Assembly (NCBI GenBank): GCA_973895155.1
Contig: OZ316892.1
Span: forward strand, 4,796,510 to 4,860,509
From: Marsupella aquatica
Taxonomy: Eukaryota > Plantae > Marchantiophyta
Length of the DNA: 64,000 bases
Direction of reading: 5' to 3'
Shown: positions 62,100 to 64,000 of the stretch, in pieces
How the letters are laid out: each line of letters begins with the position of its first letter
How positions within the stretch are numbered: the first letter of the stretch is position 1
Program-made: the position numbers and the translations under genes
The notes under the pieces: model-generated
Database searches by the model: none
Seen by the model: only the letters and a program-made list of their open reading frames with translations
What the model was told of the DNA's origin: nothing

Positions 62100-63790
62100 T
62101 TTTTGTCATGAGCAGATTTTTTTTTAATCTCAATAAATTTTGTATTCAATTTTTTGAATATTATCTAATTGAACTCAAAACCCTATATCATTAAATTATC
62201 TATTTTAATTTCATGGATAAAAAATTATTTCCTCAAACTAAAAATATGTATTACTGATAATTTAATAATTATTTATATAAAAAATAATTTTAATTACATA
62301 AAATATAAAACAATTTATTATATGTAATGAACAATATATATTATTAAAAATATTTATCTATTTAAAATATTAAATTCAAATAATATTTATTACATATTAA
62401 TGAATAAATTAAGAAGTAACACCCTAACCAACTAGTAGGTTCTCTGTGCAATTTGTAGCTAAACACAACTTAAATTAATTTAACAAATACATATATATAT
62501 ATTGGATGTAATAATTTACATTTGAATATAAAAATAATTTGTTATCATTATTTTCATTCAATAATCTAAAAATATTATATCAAAATATTATATATCATTA
62601 TTTTTTATAAGACTTGTTATGGTTTGGTAATATTTTATTCCTGCAAGCTAGTCATTTTAATAATTGTTTTAGAATTTAATCAAGTAATAATATATATATA
62701 TATATATTTGGAATTGATCTAGTTTTTATAATATATAAATTTATGTATAGAGTAATCTTTTCAAAATTTTATTTAAAGCATTTAAAGTATTTTGTTCAAT
62801 GACAAAAATAATTTTTTTTCAACATTTTCAAGAATTTTAAGTTTATAATACTTACAAAACTCTCACAAAATCAATAAACAATCACCATAAACAACTGTGA
62901 ACTAACATAACAAGTTTCAAAAATATATTAAAAATTATTAGTTTAAATAATTATTCTTGAAATAAAATATTTATTTTGAGTTAACTATTTGACTAATTTT
63001 ATTATTTTAAATTATAATATAAATTAATATTGTTTAAAAGATTTATTTTTAGATAATTATTTTTGCTATAATAACAATTTTGATGCTTTCTTCTAAAAAA
63101 AATTTAATAAAATTTTAAATATATATATTTTTATTTCATTTCATCTAAATTTTCAGTATATTTTTAAGAACAAATTTTTTCAATATAATTAAAATATAGT
63201 TAAATAATTGAATTTTATTAAGTTATTAAATATACTATATTTAATTTACATATGATTATCCATAAAATATTTTTAAAATATTTATTTCATTTGATTTTGA
63301 TTTTATAAATTTAATTATATTAATTTTAATCAAATATAAATTTTTAATAATATTTTTTTTAAATAATAATAATTATTATTTTATGAAATATTATAAATAA
63401 AATAACTAACTTTATTTTATTTAGAAAACTTATTTATATTATTAAATATTATTTTACTTAATTTATTATTATTTATTTCAAATATTAAATAAAATAATAA
63501 ATTTAAAAATAAATTTAAAAACTTTATATTTATATTTTATTGACATTTTAAATTAAATTTTAAAATATATATGTATTATTATTAGAAAAATGTAAACAAA
63601 TGTTAATAAATTTATTTTAATAAATATAAAATAATCCAATGATTCACAATGAATATTAATATGTAAATAAAATAATAATTAATTTTAAAGATATACATGT
63701 TATTAATTTTTTTAATATTATATTTTACTTTTTTATATATTTTGTATTCATATCCTAAAATATATTATTTTTAAAATAACAAATTATACA
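62100..63790. other. Extremely AT-rich low-complexity tract
   Basis: G/C is very sparse over about 1.7 kb and no ORFs appear in the supplied track. Confidence 0.9.
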
Positions 63791-64000
63791 ATATAGATAC
63801 AAACGTTTGAGAAAAAGCCCTGATGAACAAACACAACCTAGATGGACACAAAATAAACCTAAGATTGTGCTTGTATAACACAATTTTCACTTGTGCTCCA
63901 ATGGTGACCCGTAAAGAACTAGCTGACCGGGAGGAGGAGGAGGTTTTTGCTTGTTTCTTACTTTAGTCTATCCAAGCAAGAGCAACAGAGGAAATTTAAT

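Overview
Eukaryotic, intron-rich land-plant genomic DNA, most likely a bryophyte (liverwort-like); this is inferred from gene content and is not proven. Host genes: an EH-domain endocytosis protein (AtEH/Pan1 type, minus strand), an orphan Ser/Pro-rich single-pass membrane ORF, a divergent CNOT9/RCD1 paralog apparently preceded by 12 copies of a 36-aa repeat, the sperm-lineage R2R3-MYB DUO1, and a RanBP2-type zinc-finger gene. The intergenic DNA is full of transposon remains: a CACTA element, solo LTRs, LINE fragments, a pogo-like DDE remnant, TIR elements and minisatellites. The most striking observation is in the CACTA element. Its first exon (a transposase-associated Cys/His domain) ends at a phase-0 donor that can be joined in frame to either of two phase-0 acceptors. 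One opens a SET-domain exon and the other opens the transposase exon, so this may be a transposon-encoded, alternatively spliced chromatin modifier. A second chromatin module, a decayed EDM2-like PHD cluster, also lies in TE-rich DNA. All assignments come from motif recognition by eye; no searches were run.
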